The notes under the pieces: generated by a model
Database searches by the model: none
The model's input: the letters and a program-made list of their open reading frames with translations, nothing else
Told to the model about the DNA's origin: nothing
Program-made: the position numbers and the translations under genes
In this document: positions 61,248 to 64,000 of the stretch, piece by piece
How positions within the stretch are numbered: position 1 is the first letter of the stretch
How the letters are laid out: each line of letters begins with the position of its first letter
Source: Schmidtea nova
Taxonomy: Eukaryota
DNA length: 64,000 nt
Direction of reading: 5' to 3'
Assembly (NCBI GenBank): GCA_044892505.1
Contig: CM097882.1
Location: forward strand, 86,180,001-86,244,000

Positions 61248-62680
61248 CACCGGTTTTCATCGTTTAAAAGTAACTATGATACAAGTAGGTGTGTTCAACT
61301 ACTTGTTACTCTTAGTAACTTTTTTAATTTTAATTCATTTAGTCATTTATTTTTCATTTAGCCATTTTTTAAAAATGGCTATCAGGTAATTTTATTTATT
61401 TAGATATCTTTTAAGGTTTCTATTTTGATTTTACAATGATATAAGATCACTATAGAATCTTTGAAAGTTTATCTATATTCTTCCATATTATTTTATTTTA
61501 TATTTATTAGCTGTTAGGAAAAAATGATTTTTTATGAATTTTTTTTGGAAGTATTTTACATTAAACGTAAGTAAAAAAATCATTTTTAAATAAGAATTAT
61601 CATAATTATTTCTATTTTTGAAATATTCTTTTGGATATTCCAAGAAATAATTTAATTAAGCTTAATTTTTTATTTCAAGAATTGCCAAATTTTTGTTTTG
61701 CTGTATTATCTGAGGCTTCAAAATGATCTAAATTGAAGTGTAAATATGTTTAATTGTCTATAATTTGAAAATAATTAGACGGAATTATTTTTTTTGTCTA
61801 CTGAAAACGGAAAAATTTTGCAAATAATTTTTGTAAATATATGAAATTTTATATTAAAATAAAATTTACGATGTTATTTATCCATTTTCTCGACAACTCC
61901 CCTAGGAAATATTCCAAATATTTACCGAAAAATCATATTTTAAAAATAAATAAATTTATTATAGGACTTTTAATCGCGTAAAAAATAGCATGTAATTTTC
62001 ATTATGTCTTGTGTTTGTCTGTATATATTTCATTTTTTCTTACAGAATGTCTACCACATAATAAATCTTTTAAACTAAAAAATCAACAGTTAACATCAAG
62101 GATTCCCAACCTTGGGTACGCGTACCAGCACCGGCACGCAGGCCACCAGCTACCAGTACGCGAATTACTTTACAGAAATCTATTAAAAATCTGTTTTGTG
62201 AAAAAGACATGACTACAATAACCCATACATGTTAATATTTTACAATTTCTTATCCATTGTTGGTGTTGTAATACTTGATTGGGATTTACCTAATCTCAAA
62301 TGATGTTGCCTGTACCTGAATGGATTATCTACGACTCCATAAGAGTAGGGACGACTTATCTCTGGGGAAACGCCAATTTTCAGGGTTCGCGTTCAGTCTT
62401 ATTCGAATTGCATTTGAGTTTAAATAATAAAGCCGTTTTTTATTTCCTTTTTATACTCTTCAAAACGAATAATTCAAAGAGTATATTGAATTTAGTTGTC
62501 CATTCCAATGACTGCGATGAAAACCAAGTATAGAGCTTTGCTGAACATTGAATCGGATCTTCGCCTTAAACTGACAAACATTGAGCCCGATATTTCCTAT
62601 TTAGTTAATAATAAACAGGCCCAACCTTCTCACTAACTATTTTTTAAGTCATAATTATATTTTATTTATATGTTTAGCAG

Positions 62681-62732
<52 letters not shown>

Positions 62733-62946
62733 AAGTTACTTGTCTTTATTACAAATATCCATTGCATTTTATACCCCATTAAAAAAATTAGGTTTACCGG
62801 TACGCCATCAAATTGTTTACAATGTACAGGTACGGTACTATGAAAAGGTTGGGAACCCTTGGTTAACATCGACTTAAGTTATCATTTGCTATTGGTTATT
62901 TATTTTTTTATATATAATAGATACTTTTATTGAACGAAAACAGGTG
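61248..62946 (-). mobile_element. Inverted copy of the same MITE, interrupted by a hAT element
   Basis: TA-CACCGGTTTTCAT at 61248 and GAAAACAGGTG-TA at 62946. It is the reverse complement of 60138-61192 with scattered substitutions. Confidence 0.8.
62097..62861 (+). mobile_element. hAT (Buster/Charlie-type) deletion derivative
   Basis: TIRs CAAGGATTCCCAACCTT / AAGGTTGGGAACCCTTG with an exact TSD GTTAACAT (62089-62096, 62862-62869). It retains the C-terminus KTKYRALLNIESDLRLKLTNIEPDISYLVNNKQAQPSH*. Confidence 0.9.
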
Positions 62947-63219
62947 TACACCGTACAACGATGACTAGCATTTTCTATAATACTAGTTGGTGTGCAAATT
63001 CAAGATTGCTCATGAATTTTACTGTATTAAGTAAGAAATTTACTTAAATTTATCACATAAATATGACCTTTTTTTTAGTAATTTATCAACATTTTAAATG
63101 ATTTATATTCGCATAAAGTAAGAAACTAAAGTAAAATTTATTATTTTATTACATTAATAACATTAATCTCCAAAGATATCTATTTTTTGCAGTATTTTGG
63201 AAAAAAGTGATGGATATGC

Positions 63220-63620
63220 TGTTAATAATTTTTGACATTTTGTATCCTTTTTCCTTTTGTTATAATGCCAAAAGTTTTATACTTAAATATTATTGCTTTA
63301 ATTGTGTTTTTTGGGATTCTTAACAGTCTGCCAAATTGTTGGTAATCCTCCCCATTTTCCATGGCATTCGCGATTTTGGCTTTGTCAACTTCTGAAAATC
63401 TGTTACAATATTACACTTTTAACCAATAAAACCTACTTTTTCTAGTTTTTCTTTCTAAATTAAGCACTGCAGAACTTGATTGTTCTTCATTAAGTGATAT
63501 TCTATATAAATTTTAATTTAATTATATTAAAAAATAATTTAAAAAATTTGCCTGGTCATTTTCCCGAAAGCTTAACGCTGAGACTTCAGATATATCGGGA
63601 TTGCTATAAAAAATTTAATT
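63220..63620 (-). CDS. Probable 3' exons of an unidentified spliced gene extending beyond the window
   Basis: Short open segments bounded by splice-like sites: SNPDISEVSALSFRENDQ, ISLNEEQSSSAVLNLERKTRK, FSEVDKAKIANAMENGRITNNLAD. No family recognised. Confidence 0.3.
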
Positions 63621-64000
63621 TATTATTAAAGGAATAATAAATCTTACAATATGCCCTTTTGAAAGATATTTTTTTCAATGATTTTGTTTATAATTTCATT
63701 TTAAAAATTGATAAAAAAATAATTAAAAGGAAGAAGATACCAACTTTTTTGTGTGCGTACGATTTAATATTGGATGCTAGTGATTGATTAAATTTGCACC
63801 AATTAAAAGTTTGTATGCAGTTTTTACTATATAATGCCTTTTTGTGGTTTACAAAATTTTTCTACCCTTTTTGTCTACCACATAATAAAAAATATTATTC
63901 ATTGTCAGCAAACCGATAACATACAGGTGAGTTTTTGAAATTTCTATAGTATAATCTCATTTTACATTATAGGAGCTACTACTCATCGTTGTACCGTGTA

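Overview
Very AT-rich eukaryotic scaffold with N gaps and short GT-AG introns. It is probably a compact metazoan genome, inferred from conserved alpha-tubulin intron positions; the taxon cannot be determined from the sequence. Host genes: a multi-exon TMEM63/CSC1 (OSCA) channel (11.5-22.2 kb, +), a strongly divergent 3-exon alpha-tubulin (30.2-31.7 kb, -), a YjbQ/UPF0047 gene (57.7-58.2 kb, +), an RFC small-subunit pseudogene, and unidentified exons at the far end. Most of the rest is mobile DNA. The largest element is a decaying ~13 kb Polinton/Maverick (adintovirus-like) endogenous virus at 44.0-57.1 kb with pPolB, gasderminX-like membrane protein, fibre-like protein, adenain, penton, MCP, a pX-like::ATPase fusion, integrase and PLA2X. 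There is also a second Polinton pPolB remnant, a truncated Gypsy element with LTR/PBS, mariner, Tc1, piggyBac and hAT remnants, and many MITEs and foldbacks. The most unusual signals are: (i) about 15 sites of GC-stem, purine-triloop mini-hairpins placed mostly in-frame in the Polinton genes; (ii) an unclassified two-copy cassette with a shared terminus, a shared CpG-rich hairpin and unrelated cargo ORFs, one carrying a captured Abl kinase fragment; (iii) a circularly permuted Tc1 transposase carried between unrelated TIRs. All assignments come from manual motif reading; no database search was run, and boundaries described as approximate may be off by tens of bp.
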